A stretch of 64,000 nt of DNA. It comes from Flavobacteriales bacterium (GTDB lineage: Bacteria > Bacteroidota > Bacteroidia > Flavobacteriales > TMED113). The DNA is taken from contig PAWM01000008.1 of the NCBI GenBank assembly GCA_002714185.1, forward strand, positions 3,091 through 67,090, given 5' to 3'. A model generated the notes under the pieces. That model made no database searches. It was not told where the DNA came from and was given only the letters and a program-made list of their open reading frames with translations. Numbering within the stretch: the first letter of the stretch is position 1; each line of letters starts with the position of its first letter. This document shows, one piece after another, positions 15,779-25,573 of the stretch. The position numbers and the translations under genes are program-made.

Positions 15779-18192
15779 ATTATAAAACTATTTATAATAC
15801 TCATATTTTAGCACTTGTGTTATTTGCAGTTATAACTGTTTTATACTGCTATCCAATTTTAAATGGTGAAAAAATTAGTCAGAGTGATTATATGCAGTTT
15901 CTGGGTATGTCTAAAGAAATTGTAGATTTTCGTGCTGAAACAGGAACTGAGGCATTATGGACAAATTCTATGTTTGGTGGTATGCCTGCTTATCAAATTT
16001 CGGTGTATTATTCTAATAATATTTTAGTATATATTGATAAAGTTTTACAATTATATTTACCAAGACCAATTGGTATTATTTTTCTTTATTTTTTAGGATT
16101 TTATATATTTATGTTATCCCTTAAAATTAATCCAAGGATTTCAATTCTAGGTGCATTAGCTTTTGGGATGTCTTCTTATTTCTTCATTATTTTAGAGGCA
16201 GGGCATAATACAAAAGCACATGCAATCTCATATATTGCCCCCTCGTTAGCAAGTATGATTTATTGTTTTAGTAACAAAAATGATAATAAATGGATGTATT
16301 TAATAACATTTAGTTTTGCGTTTTTGTGCTTGGGATTGCACTTGAGAGCTAATCATCTTCAGATTACTTATTATTTACTTTTTATATTATTCTTTTTTTG
16401 GGTTAATTATTTAATTAATGCATTACAACATAAAACCATTTCACAATTCATAAAAAAAACACTTATTTTTTTTGTTGCTGGTGTAATGGCAATTGCTATT
16501 AATATTGGAAATATTTGGTCAACATATGAATATAGTGATTACACAATAAGAGGTAATTCAGAACTTACAAACACTGAGGGTAAATCACAATCAGGATTAA
16601 ATAAGGAATATGCTACTGCTTGGAGTTATGGTAAGCTAGAAACATTTAATATGTTATTTCCTAATTTACTCGGTGGTTCATCACATACGACTTTAACAGA
16701 AAAATCAAACACATATGAAGCATTGAGAAAAAATGGTATTTCTAAAAAAGATAGTCAAAATTTTATTCAATCTGTTCCTCTATATTTTGGTCCTCAAAGT
16801 TTTACATCAGGACCTGTTTACATTGGTTCAATTGTCTGGTTATTATTTGTGATTGCTTTATTTACACTCAAAAAAAGAATTAAATGGATTCTTCTTACAT
16901 TAACTTTATTTTCAATTATACTTGCTTGGGGTAAGTATTTTAATTTTATCACTGATATATTTTTAAATTATTTTCCTTTATATAATAAGTTTAGAACCGT
17001 ATCGATGATATTAGTGATTGCACAGTTTTCAATCCCTGTGTTGGCTATTCTAGGTTTTAATGAATTTCTAAAATCTCCTATGTCATCAAGTAAAAAGAGA
17101 AAAATTATTCTTTATTCTTTCTGTATTTTAATGAGTATATCTGCCTTTTTCGTTTTATTTAAAAATATATTATTTGAATTTAGCAGTTTGTCTGATTCAC
17201 AATTTCCACCTTGGTTTATTAATGCATTAATTTTAGATAGAATTGATTTATTTAACTCTGATATTTACCGGTCAGTTTTTTTTATTTTTCTTTCTTCACT
17301 AACGATATATTTATTAATTAATAAAAATAACTCTAACCAACCAATGTTTATTTATATATTATCGTTATTAGTATTGTTTGATATGTGGTTTGTAAATAAA
17401 AGATATTTAAATGCTAATGACTTTGAGTTAAAATCTAAGATAGAAGCACCCTTTAAATTACAAGATTTTGATAAAATTATCCAGAGAGATACAACTATAT
17501 ATAGAGTTTATAATTTAAATGAAAGACTAGATCAAGGAGCAAGGACATCTTATTTTCACCATTCTCTTGGCGGATATCATGGAGCAAAGCTTGGTAAATA
17601 TCAAGAAGTTATTGATATGCATATTAGTAAAGGTAATATGCATGTAATAAATATGTTAAATACTAAGTATTTTATTGTTCCTGATCAAAATAGACAACCA
17701 ATAGTCCAGAAAAATAATGAAGCACTAGGTAATGCATGGGTTGTTGACTCTATTATATTGGTAAAAAATGCAAATCAGTCAATTAGTGCTTTGAATGAAT
17801 TTAACCCTGCTAATACTGTTATTATTGAAAGTAAATATGACAAATATCTTCAATCTTTTACTCCTAATACTAATTATAAAATTCAGTTAGTTGAATATCA
17901 GCCTAACAGGTTAGTCTATAATGTTAATGCAGAGTTATCATGTCTAGCAGTATTTTCTGAAATCTTTTATCCTAAAGGTTGGGTAGCATATATAGATGGG
18001 GTTCAAGTAGATTCTTTTCCAGTTAACTATATATTAAGAGGTTTATTTATTCCAAGTGGATCTAAAGAAATTATATTTGAATTTAAGCCGAAATCATTTT
18101 TTGTATCTGCTAAAATCTCATTTTTCTCATCTTGTTTGCTAATTATAACACTTATAACCAGCTTTATTAGGTTATTTTTCTATAAAAGATGA
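15775..18192 (+). CDS. YfhO-family polytopic membrane protein (GT-C-like glycosyltransferase)
   Basis: 805 aa, more than 10 TM segments. N-terminus ...YCYPILNGEKISQSDYMQFLGMSKEIVDFRAETGTEALWTNSMFGGMPAYQIS is typical of Bacteroidota YfhO proteins. Large C-terminal extracytoplasmic domain and a final TM segment. Confidence 0.78.
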   Translation: MNYKTIYNTHILALVLFAVITVLYCYPILNGEKISQSDYMQFLGMSKEIVDFRAETGTEALWTNSMFGGMPAYQISVYYSNNILVYIDKVLQLYLPRPIGIIFLYFLGFYIFMLSLKINPRISILGALAFGMSSYFFIILEAGHNTKAHAISYIAPSLASMIYCFSNKNDNKWMYLITFSFAFLCLGLHLRANHLQITYYLLFILFFFWVNYLINALQHKTISQFIKKTLIFFVAGVMAIAINIGNIWSTYEYSDYTIRGNSELTNTEGKSQSGLNKEYATAWSYGKLETFNMLFPNLLGGSSHTTLTEKSNTYEALRKNGISKKDSQNFIQSVPLYFGPQSFTSGPVYIGSIVWLLFVIALFTLKKRIKWILLTLTLFSIILAWGKYFNFITDIFLNYFPLYNKFRTVSMILVIAQFSIPVLAILGFNEFLKSPMSSSKKRKIILYSFCILMSISAFFVLFKNILFEFSSLSDSQFPPWFINALILDRIDLFNSDIYRSVFFIFLSSLTIYLLINKNNSNQPMFIYILSLLVLFDMWFVNKRYLNANDFELKSKIEAPFKLQDFDKIIQRDTTIYRVYNLNERLDQGARTSYFHHSLGGYHGAKLGKYQEVIDMHISKGNMHVINMLNTKYFIVPDQNRQPIVQKNNEALGNAWVVDSIILVKNANQSISALNEFNPANTVIIESKYDKYLQSFTPNTNYKIQLVEYQPNRLVYNVNAELSCLAVFSEIFYPKGWVAYIDGVQVDSFPVNYILRGLFIPSGSKEIIFEFKPKSFFVSAKISFFSSCLLIITLITSFIRLFFYKR

Positions 18193-19463
18193 AAAAAGTA
18201 CTTATTATTACATATTATTGGCCGCCAAAAGGTGGGGTAGGTGTACAACGTTGGTTGAAGCTTTCAAAATATCTATCTAAATATAATTACCAATTAATTA
18301 TATATACTCCATCTAATGGTGTATATCCTTTAGAAGATACAAGTTTACTAGATGATATTTCGAAGGATATTGTAGTTATTAGGAGAAAAATTTTTGAACC
18401 ACAAAAAATTGTATCATTATTAAAAAATAACCATATTAAATCAGATGTTTTAATTAAAAAGAGTCATAATTTATTAGATAGAATACTAATTTGGTTGCGT
18501 TCTAATATATTTATTCCTGATTCTAGATCTTGCTGGATATCACCATCAATAAAATTTCTTTCCAATTATTTGAAAGACAATCCAGTTGATATTATTGTAT
18601 CTACAGGACCACCACATAGTATGCATATGATTGCACTATCATTAAGGAAAAAAAATAATATTAAATGGATTGCAGATTTTCGAGATCCATGGACTGGAAT
18701 TGAGTATTTTGATAAACTCCCTTTCTTATCCTGGGTGAAAAAAAAACATCATAAATTGGAAAAAGAAGTACTTGTTAATTCTGATTTAGTGTTGACTGTT
18801 AGTCCATCTTGGGCAAAGCAGTTCAATAATCTTGGGGCAAAAAAAACATCTATTTTAACAAATGGATATGATTCTGACGATTATAAGAATCTAGTAAATA
18901 AAATAGAATCAACTAGATTCACAATAGGACACTTTGGTTTGTATAATGAATTAAGAAATCATACTTTTTTTTGGGATACAATTAACATAATTAGTAAAAA
19001 GAATTTAGATTTTTTTAATAATTTAAATTTTTTGTTTGCAGGTGAAATTTATTCAGGTTTTTTTTCAATGATTAAGAAATATAAATTTGAAAAAAAAATA
19101 ATCTATCATCATCATTTAAATCATGATAATTCAATTAAAAGTATGATGCAATGTGATATTTTATTAGTTACTCAAGGTGACACTAAATCTGTTGACGGTC
19201 GAATACCTGCAAAATTCTTTGAATATTTAGGTGCAAAAAAACCTATTCTAGCAATTGGAAAAAAAAATAGTGATTTAGAAAAAATAACTTTAAATATATC
19301 ATATGCATGGTTTGTTGATTTTAACAATAAAGATTTGTTGTATAGTACTTTACTTAAGATATATGAGTTAAGTAATAGTGATTATGAATTTAATGATGAT
19401 ATTTCCCGTTTCTCTAGACAAAATCAAGCACTTCAATTAATAGATTTAATCAGTGATTTATGA
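18189..19463 (+). CDS. Glycosyltransferase, GT-B fold (family 4/group 1-like)
   Basis: 424 aa. N-terminus MKKVLIITYYWPPKGGVGVQRWLKLSKYL. C-terminal EYLGAKKPILAIG-type nucleotide-sugar binding region. ATGA overlap with both neighbours. Confidence 0.75.
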   Translation: MKKVLIITYYWPPKGGVGVQRWLKLSKYLSKYNYQLIIYTPSNGVYPLEDTSLLDDISKDIVVIRRKIFEPQKIVSLLKNNHIKSDVLIKKSHNLLDRILIWLRSNIFIPDSRSCWISPSIKFLSNYLKDNPVDIIVSTGPPHSMHMIALSLRKKNNIKWIADFRDPWTGIEYFDKLPFLSWVKKKHHKLEKEVLVNSDLVLTVSPSWAKQFNNLGAKKTSILTNGYDSDDYKNLVNKIESTRFTIGHFGLYNELRNHTFFWDTINIISKKNLDFFNNLNFLFAGEIYSGFFSMIKKYKFEKKIIYHHHLNHDNSIKSMMQCDILLVTQGDTKSVDGRIPAKFFEYLGAKKPILAIGKKNSDLEKITLNISYAWFVDFNNKDLLYSTLLKIYELSNSDYEFNDDISRFSRQNQALQLIDLISDL

Positions 19464-20803
19464 TAATTTTTTTAAAAAATATTTACTTTGAATTAGTCGA
19501 ATCCAGATATTTTAAAAATCTTTTTTTATTAACGACAGGTGTAGGAGTATCACAATTAATACCACTTTTTCTGCTACCAATCTTAACTAGGTTTTTTTCA
19601 CCTACTGATTTTGGTGTTTTAGCAATTTTTTTGGCGATAGTTCAACTTTTAGCTATTACCACAACTCTTAGATTAGAGATGGCTATTGTTTTACCAAAAA
19701 AAGATACTGATGCTGCATTATTATGCTTAACAGCGATGTTATTTTTGTCAGTATTTTCTATATTATTTTTCATTATTTTATTTTTATTATGGTCTTTTAT
19801 TGTGAATACGGAAATTACAGAGTATTACGATACAGTTGGTTATAAGATTTTTGGTTTAAATATTGAAAATTTAATTAAATATAAAAAAGACACATATATT
19901 CCATTTTTCTATTTAATTCCCATTGGATCTTTTTGTTTAGGATTATATAATATTTTATATAGTTGGAATAATAGAATGGAGCTATATAAAAATATGTCAT
20001 TCTCACAAATTACACATTCTATTTTTAGTACACCTTTATCGATTTTATTTTATTTTACACCACTTAAAAAAATTGGACTCATATTAGGTCAAGTTATTGG
20101 CAGATTTATATCTTGTTTATTACTGCTTAAAAATATATATATAACACTGAAAATAATTTCAAGAAAAGAATTATTCAGTAAGAGTATTTTTTTAGTGAAA
20201 GAGTATAAAAAATTTATCATATTTGAGACACCTCATGCAATGCTGAATTTTATTTCTCAAAAATATATTATTGGAGTATTTACATCTCTATTTGGTTTAT
20301 TTACAGTTGGTATTTTTGATTTAGCAGATAAAATTATTGCTAAACCGTTAGGGCTTATTTCTAATTCTTTTAAAACTGTATTTTATAAAAGGTTAACTAC
20401 AGCAAAGGATAAATTAACAATCTTTAAAAAAACACTTATTTTAATGACAGTTATTAGTTTTGTTTTAACCATACCATTTTACATTATACCAGATAGTTTT
20501 TTTGTTATTTTATTAGGTCCTGAGTGGGTAGATACAGGAAGATATATAAAATTGTTATGTCCATTATTATTTAGTAGATTTATTTTCAATGTTGTGACAC
20601 CTAGTATTTCCTATACTATGCAAAATCATTACTTACTTTTTTGGCAAATTTTTTATTTTCTAGGATTAGTGTTTTTGTTTATTTTTTCAAAAGGATTAAG
20701 TGTTGAAAATGTAATTTTTATATATGCTATATTTGGGGCATTAATGTATTTTTTATTAGGTTTTATATCGTTTTTAGTATTAAAAAAAAATATTAAATTT
20801 TGA
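19460..20803 (+). CDS. Oligosaccharide/polysaccharide flippase (Wzx-like, MOP superfamily)
   Basis: 447 aa, about 12-14 TM helices. N-terminal ...LLTTGVGVSQLIPLFLLPILTRFFSPTDFGV is typical of polysaccharide biosynthesis (Wzx) proteins. Confidence 0.72.
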   Translation: MIIFLKNIYFELVESRYFKNLFLLTTGVGVSQLIPLFLLPILTRFFSPTDFGVLAIFLAIVQLLAITTTLRLEMAIVLPKKDTDAALLCLTAMLFLSVFSILFFIILFLLWSFIVNTEITEYYDTVGYKIFGLNIENLIKYKKDTYIPFFYLIPIGSFCLGLYNILYSWNNRMELYKNMSFSQITHSIFSTPLSILFYFTPLKKIGLILGQVIGRFISCLLLLKNIYITLKIISRKELFSKSIFLVKEYKKFIIFETPHAMLNFISQKYIIGVFTSLFGLFTVGIFDLADKIIAKPLGLISNSFKTVFYKRLTTAKDKLTIFKKTLILMTVISFVLTIPFYIIPDSFFVILLGPEWVDTGRYIKLLCPLLFSRFIFNVVTPSISYTMQNHYLLFWQIFYFLGLVFLFIFSKGLSVENVIFIYAIFGALMYFLLGFISFLVLKKNIKF

Positions 20804-21657
20804 AGATTATAATTGTTACTCCTGCTTGTAATGAAGAGATTCATTTACCTGACTTGATATCTTCTATGGTTAATCAATCAATTTTACCAGTTGAGTGGAT
20901 TATAGTTGATGATGGTTCAATTGATAATACTAGTAATATTATTAAACAATCTGTAATAAAGTATTCTTGGATCACATATTTAAGAAAAGAAAAAATAGGA
21001 GCTCGCTCACCCGGTAAAAGTGTAATGGAGACATTTTACTTTGGTTTTGAGCGAAGACATAATCTAGAATATTATATAATAATTAAACTAGATGCAGATT
21101 TAGTTTTACCATATAATTATATGGAATCTATTTTAGAGAAATTTTATTCAAATAAAAAAATTGGTATTTGTGGTGGAGTTTGTACCATTAAGCAAAATAA
21201 TCAATATGTTGTTGAAAAAGAAACAAACTTAGATCATGTTCGTGGTGCAATTAAAGCATATCGAAAACAATGTTTTATTGAAATTGGTGGTTTATTGAAA
21301 GTAATGGGATGGGATACAGTAGATGAGCATACAGCAAGATTTTTGGGATGGCATGTTATTGTGTTGCCTGAGCTTAAAGTACAACATCAGCGGTCTACTC
21401 ACCAAGAGTATGGCTTATTTAAAGCTGCTTATAGAAATGGCCGTATGTTGTATACAATCAGAATGGATGTATTTTTACTGCTAGGTAATTGCATTAAAAA
21501 ATTGGTAAAAAAGCCTTATTTAATTGTTAGCATTTTAATGTTAGTAGGTTATTTAGGTGCATTTTTTTTAAAAGAAAAAAAAATAGTAAATAAAGAACTA
21601 GGTAGATTTATTAGAAAATATAGATATAATAAAATTTTTTTATATTTTTTTAATTAA
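20800..21657 (+). CDS. Family 2 glycosyltransferase with C-terminal TM segment
   Basis: 285 aa, TTG start overlapping the upstream stop (TTGA). Motifs IIIVTPACNEE, WIIVDDGSIDNT and KLDADL (DXD). C-terminal hydrophobic helix YLIVSILMLVGYLGAFFL. Confidence 0.82.
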   Translation: MKIIIVTPACNEEIHLPDLISSMVNQSILPVEWIIVDDGSIDNTSNIIKQSVIKYSWITYLRKEKIGARSPGKSVMETFYFGFERRHNLEYYIIIKLDADLVLPYNYMESILEKFYSNKKIGICGGVCTIKQNNQYVVEKETNLDHVRGAIKAYRKQCFIEIGGLLKVMGWDTVDEHTARFLGWHVIVLPELKVQHQRSTHQEYGLFKAAYRNGRMLYTIRMDVFLLLGNCIKKLVKKPYLIVSILMLVGYLGAFFLKEKKIVNKELGRFIRKYRYNKIFLYFFN

Positions 21658-22078
21658 CTTTTGTCCATGTGGTAGTTTTTCCAATAAAACTGAAGCCAAT
21701 GTAACCTCTCATAAAAAGAGTTTTGTCATTTTTTAAATTAGCATTTAAACTATATGTTTTACCACTTCTAGCATCATAAATTGTACCATTTCCCCATTCA
21801 TTTTTATCTAAGTACTCTAGTTTTTTAATTATAGTTAATCCTTTAAGTGTTTGTCCTCTTAGTAATTCATTTGGATTTTCTTTATCTTTTTTTATTTCTC
21901 CATTCTCATTTAGTGGTTCAGCTAACCATATTATTTTCCCCTCAAATAATCCTTTTTCTGTTTGGTATATTTCTATGTGCGATTGTTTTTTTTCTTCTAG
22001 CCAAATCCCGCAAATATTATTTTCTTGTGCAATTAAGAAAAAGGGTAGTAAAGTGAAAATTAACCTAATTAAAGTCAT
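21650..22078 (-). CDS. DUF2147 domain-containing secreted protein
   Basis: Motifs GIWLEEKKQSHIEIY..., GNGTIYDARSGKTYSLNANL and LFMRGYIGFSFIGKTTTWTKV match DUF2147. ATG 22078 (MTLIRLIFTLLPFFLIAQE signal peptide) lies 1 nt after the upstream gene's stop. The track start at 22132 would overlap that gene. Confidence 0.78.
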   Translation of the reverse strand: MTLIRLIFTLLPFFLIAQENNICGIWLEEKKQSHIEIYQTEKGLFEGKIIWLAEPLNENGEIKKDKENPNELLRGQTLKGLTIIKKLEYLDKNEWGNGTIYDARSGKTYSLNANLKNDKTLFMRGYIGFSFIGKTTTWTKVN

Positions 22079-22079
22079 G

Positions 22080-25000
22080 TTAAAAGGCTCTATTAATTCC
22101 AAATATAAATCTGAAATCCATTTGGTTTTCACCTGCAGGGGGGTTGTTTAAAAATAATGGAAAATCAAATCTAAATACTAACGGTTCAGCATTAATTACA
22201 TCATCCCATAACCTTGATAATTCCCATGTAAAGCCAAGTCCTGCATCCATATGTAGGCTACTAAATGAAATTTGATTATCCTGATAGTTTTGATCCATTA
22301 CACCCATGTCAATAAATAAGTATGAGTTAAAACCAAAATAATCCATATATGGAATACTATTTGTAAAATCAATTTCAGTATTAAAAGCAATACCAGATGT
22401 ACCTCTGTATAGGAAATTGAAATCTTCATTTTCGTTAATCATGTCACTCTCTGATTCTCCCATTTTATATCCAGTATACCCTCTTAAATTTAATCCTCCG
22501 CCATAGTGGAATGTGTTTGTGTTATTAGTGCTATATGTAGCCCAGTCACTAGGTATGAATCCAGCAGATCTTGTAAATTTATTATTCATCATCTCTTCTG
22601 GGTTAGCACCTGAAGCATATAGCATACTTTCAAAAGGAAAATCATTAGAATATTGAGATTCAGTATGGTTAAATCCTCTTTGAGCAAATAGTCGAGTGTG
22701 AATTCTTAATTTACCTATTTTATTTTTATTGACAGCAGTAAATACCAATTGAGAAAAATTGTAATCACTCATTATTGAAGACGATTTTAGTGATAATTCA
22801 ATATTTCCAGTTCCACTCAATGTCTGGCCTTGGGTATATCGATAACGGTGAGAAGTGTTAATTAAAATATTTGTATTTTTCTTTTCTTCTCCTCCCCAGT
22901 ACTCTTCATCTAATAAATATCCAACAATGTCAGATGTTTCTTTTCTTTCAAATCCATTTAAAGAGATGTCAATACTTTTTGTTTTATCAGCATCTTTTAA
23001 GTTAAAACCTAATGAAAGATAGTTCAGTCCGTCTAATGCACTTATTGCAAATCGAACACGACTATTTTTAACATACTTATACAGAGATGTTGAGTATTTC
23101 AGTCGATAAGATACTTTATCATTTTCGTTATCATCAATATCTTCCCCTCTGAACATTCCAGAATTAACCCATAAATTACTTTTAAAAACATGATGTTTTT
23201 TTAAGTAATGTCCTTCGATATTGGTACCAATTTTTAATCCATCATATGAATTATACCAAAAGTCTGGTCTAGCTTTGATTTCGTATTTTTTTAAATTATG
23301 TGATTTATATACACCATAGTCAATAGAGAAATCTATATTGCCTTTATGATTGTTATTTATTGCATAAGAGTCACCAAGGCGACCACTTAAATCAATCATA
23401 ACATTTTTCAAACCAGATGGTACATGTGTTTTAAATGTATATTCTCTATTTAATTCTCCATAACCAGTCCATCTAGGTAGAATAGTACCAATGTTTTTGT
23501 CTTCTTTTACAAACCATTTATTTGGTATATGATAATTATATCTTAATCCAAATTCAGAATCAATTGTTAAGTCTATTGGCATCTCCATTTCACCTTTTCT
23601 CATTACAGTTATAGCAAAAGTGTCATTTTCTAATTTTTGTACTTTACCAATCGCATAGTCTAAATCTTTATTTGTTTCAAGCCATTGATCGAAAAACCAG
23701 TTTAAATCTACTTTTGTAAATTGAATTATAGAGTTTCTAAAATCATTAAGGTATGGATGAGCCATTTTCCATGTTGAAAAATAATTTTTCATAGCATCTA
23801 GGAATAATTTATCACCAAGAACATATTGTAAATTATATAGCATTGTAGCAGGTTTCCAGTAAACATGAGTGTAACCTCCTCTATGAGCAAGATCTTTTCC
23901 AAATACATGTGTGTCATGCGAATGACTATTTAAAGCAGGTGTATTATTTTCACTTGCATCGACTATATATCTGTAATATGCATTGTCTTCTCTAGTATTT
24001 CTTTGATTTGTGTGTTTATCATAATATTTATTTAAAGGAGATTGATTTTGTTTTAACCAATTTAACCTATATAGTAATCCGACATTTTTATCATTATATA
24101 TACTATCAGTAACATATTTAGGTGCACGTGTCATATATTTACCCTCTATTGCTTCTTCACCCCAAGCACTTAAAAATTGTGTAAATCCTTCATCTAAAGC
24201 TGCTCTATATGTTTCATTAGTGCCAACTTGGCCAAAAAACCACATATGAGCAATTTCGTGAACTAAAAGTCCTCTGTATCCTGGATCCGTGCCACTATCT
24301 AATGTTATCATTGGGTATTCCATACCACTTCTAGCATCAGCAACTATAATTTTATGATATTGGTACATTCCAATGTCAGTGGAAAATACCTCAATAATTT
24401 GTGCTGCATAATCAGCCGCATTTTGCCATTTTGCTGCATGTTGTTCTTGTGCTAAAGAATAACATTTAATACCATTCCATTCGGCAACTCCTATTCTATA
24501 ACTAGGGTCAGCAGTAAATGCAAAATCATGGACATTTTCAGCATGGAATTTCCAAGTTTTCTTTTTATTTGGATTATATCTAATTATTGTTGATGGTGGA
24601 GTGTTAAATTTTTTAGTTGCAAAGTTTTTAATATCTAATTTTTTCATTAATTCATCTGGTAGTACTTCTTCTCTGTTTAGCATATTTCCAGTTGCTTCTA
24701 AAATATAATTTTCAGGAAAAGTTAATTCAACATCAAAGCAACCAAAATCACCGTAAAATTCTTTTCCTAAATGTTGATCAGTTGTCCATCCAAACTTTCT
24801 GTCATAAACAGATATTCTAGGATACCAATGTACTCCATTGTAATGTTTGTTACCAAAATCTTGATACATTTTCATCCTACGTCTCACATTACCATTCTCT
24901 TCAAATCCTCCGAAAAAAGACTTAAATTTGATATCAAAAGTCACAGTGTTTCCACTTTCGATAGGCTTATTAAGAAAAACTTTCATTATAGTATTGTCTA

Positions 25001-25511
25001 TTTCAATCTCAACTTTTTCACCATCTACTTCGATGCTAATAATCTCAGTGCCTTTCTTTTTTCTCTCATCTTTCCTGTATTTTGTAATTTCATCATTTCC
25101 TGTTTTGAGTTTGTCTAAATATGAATCTGGTTGAAAAGCATTTGCATAAAGATGAAAAAAAACATGATTAAGGTCATCAGGTGAGTTGTTTGTATAAATA
25201 AGTGTTTGATTTGCTTCAATAACATCAGTTGAATCAAATAATTCAGCATTTATTTTATAATGTACATCTTGTTGCCAATATCCTGCATGTGGCATTTTAT
25301 TTTTCCAATAATTTGGATTATCATTATTTGTAAATGTGTTAGGTGGAAATAAAGGATTATATTTTTCTATGGCTATAATTCCATTTTCATTTTTATTTAA
25401 ATCTGATTCGGGAAAAAAGTTATTGTTTATTTGTGTTGAATCAATCTTGAATGCTTGGGAAAATATAAGATTTGTGATAACAAAAAAGATAAATAGTATT
25501 GGTTTTTTCAT
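22080..25511 (-). CDS. M1-family zinc metallopeptidase domain fused to a C-terminal Omp85-type outer-membrane beta-barrel
   Basis: 1143 aa with signal peptide. HEIAH at 24246..24260, with Glu exactly 18 residues later (LDEGF), gives the gluzincin HEXXH-X18-E motif. The C-terminal roughly 400 aa has alternating beta-strand patterns, GGGLNLRGYTGY and a terminal ...FGINRAF. Confidence 0.82.
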   Translation of the reverse strand: MKKPILFIFFVITNLIFSQAFKIDSTQINNNFFPESDLNKNENGIIAIEKYNPLFPPNTFTNNDNPNYWKNKMPHAGYWQQDVHYKINAELFDSTDVIEANQTLIYTNNSPDDLNHVFFHLYANAFQPDSYLDKLKTGNDEITKYRKDERKKKGTEIISIEVDGEKVEIEIDNTIMKVFLNKPIESGNTVTFDIKFKSFFGGFEENGNVRRRMKMYQDFGNKHYNGVHWYPRISVYDRKFGWTTDQHLGKEFYGDFGCFDVELTFPENYILEATGNMLNREEVLPDELMKKLDIKNFATKKFNTPPSTIIRYNPNKKKTWKFHAENVHDFAFTADPSYRIGVAEWNGIKCYSLAQEQHAAKWQNAADYAAQIIEVFSTDIGMYQYHKIIVADARSGMEYPMITLDSGTDPGYRGLLVHEIAHMWFFGQVGTNETYRAALDEGFTQFLSAWGEEAIEGKYMTRAPKYVTDSIYNDKNVGLLYRLNWLKQNQSPLNKYYDKHTNQRNTREDNAYYRYIVDASENNTPALNSHSHDTHVFGKDLAHRGGYTHVYWKPATMLYNLQYVLGDKLFLDAMKNYFSTWKMAHPYLNDFRNSIIQFTKVDLNWFFDQWLETNKDLDYAIGKVQKLENDTFAITVMRKGEMEMPIDLTIDSEFGLRYNYHIPNKWFVKEDKNIGTILPRWTGYGELNREYTFKTHVPSGLKNVMIDLSGRLGDSYAINNNHKGNIDFSIDYGVYKSHNLKKYEIKARPDFWYNSYDGLKIGTNIEGHYLKKHHVFKSNLWVNSGMFRGEDIDDNENDKVSYRLKYSTSLYKYVKNSRVRFAISALDGLNYLSLGFNLKDADKTKSIDISLNGFERKETSDIVGYLLDEEYWGGEEKKNTNILINTSHRYRYTQGQTLSGTGNIELSLKSSSIMSDYNFSQLVFTAVNKNKIGKLRIHTRLFAQRGFNHTESQYSNDFPFESMLYASGANPEEMMNNKFTRSAGFIPSDWATYSTNNTNTFHYGGGLNLRGYTGYKMGESESDMINENEDFNFLYRGTSGIAFNTEIDFTNSIPYMDYFGFNSYLFIDMGVMDQNYQDNQISFSSLHMDAGLGFTWELSRLWDDVINAEPLVFRFDFPLFLNNPPAGENQMDFRFIFGINRAF

Positions 25512-25573
25512 AGAGAATCATTTTTTTTTATACTAAGATACTAAAATATCAATGTTATTATCAAATTCTCTTA

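Noticed and set aside
18731-21590. Long A-runs (A8-A10) inside the GT4, flippase and GT2 genes as phase-variation switches
   Set aside because: All are in frame (Lys-rich stretches) in intact ORFs, and such runs are common throughout this AT-rich sequence. There is no evidence of on/off switching here, although they share the slippage-prone nature of the uvrB and rsmG tracts.
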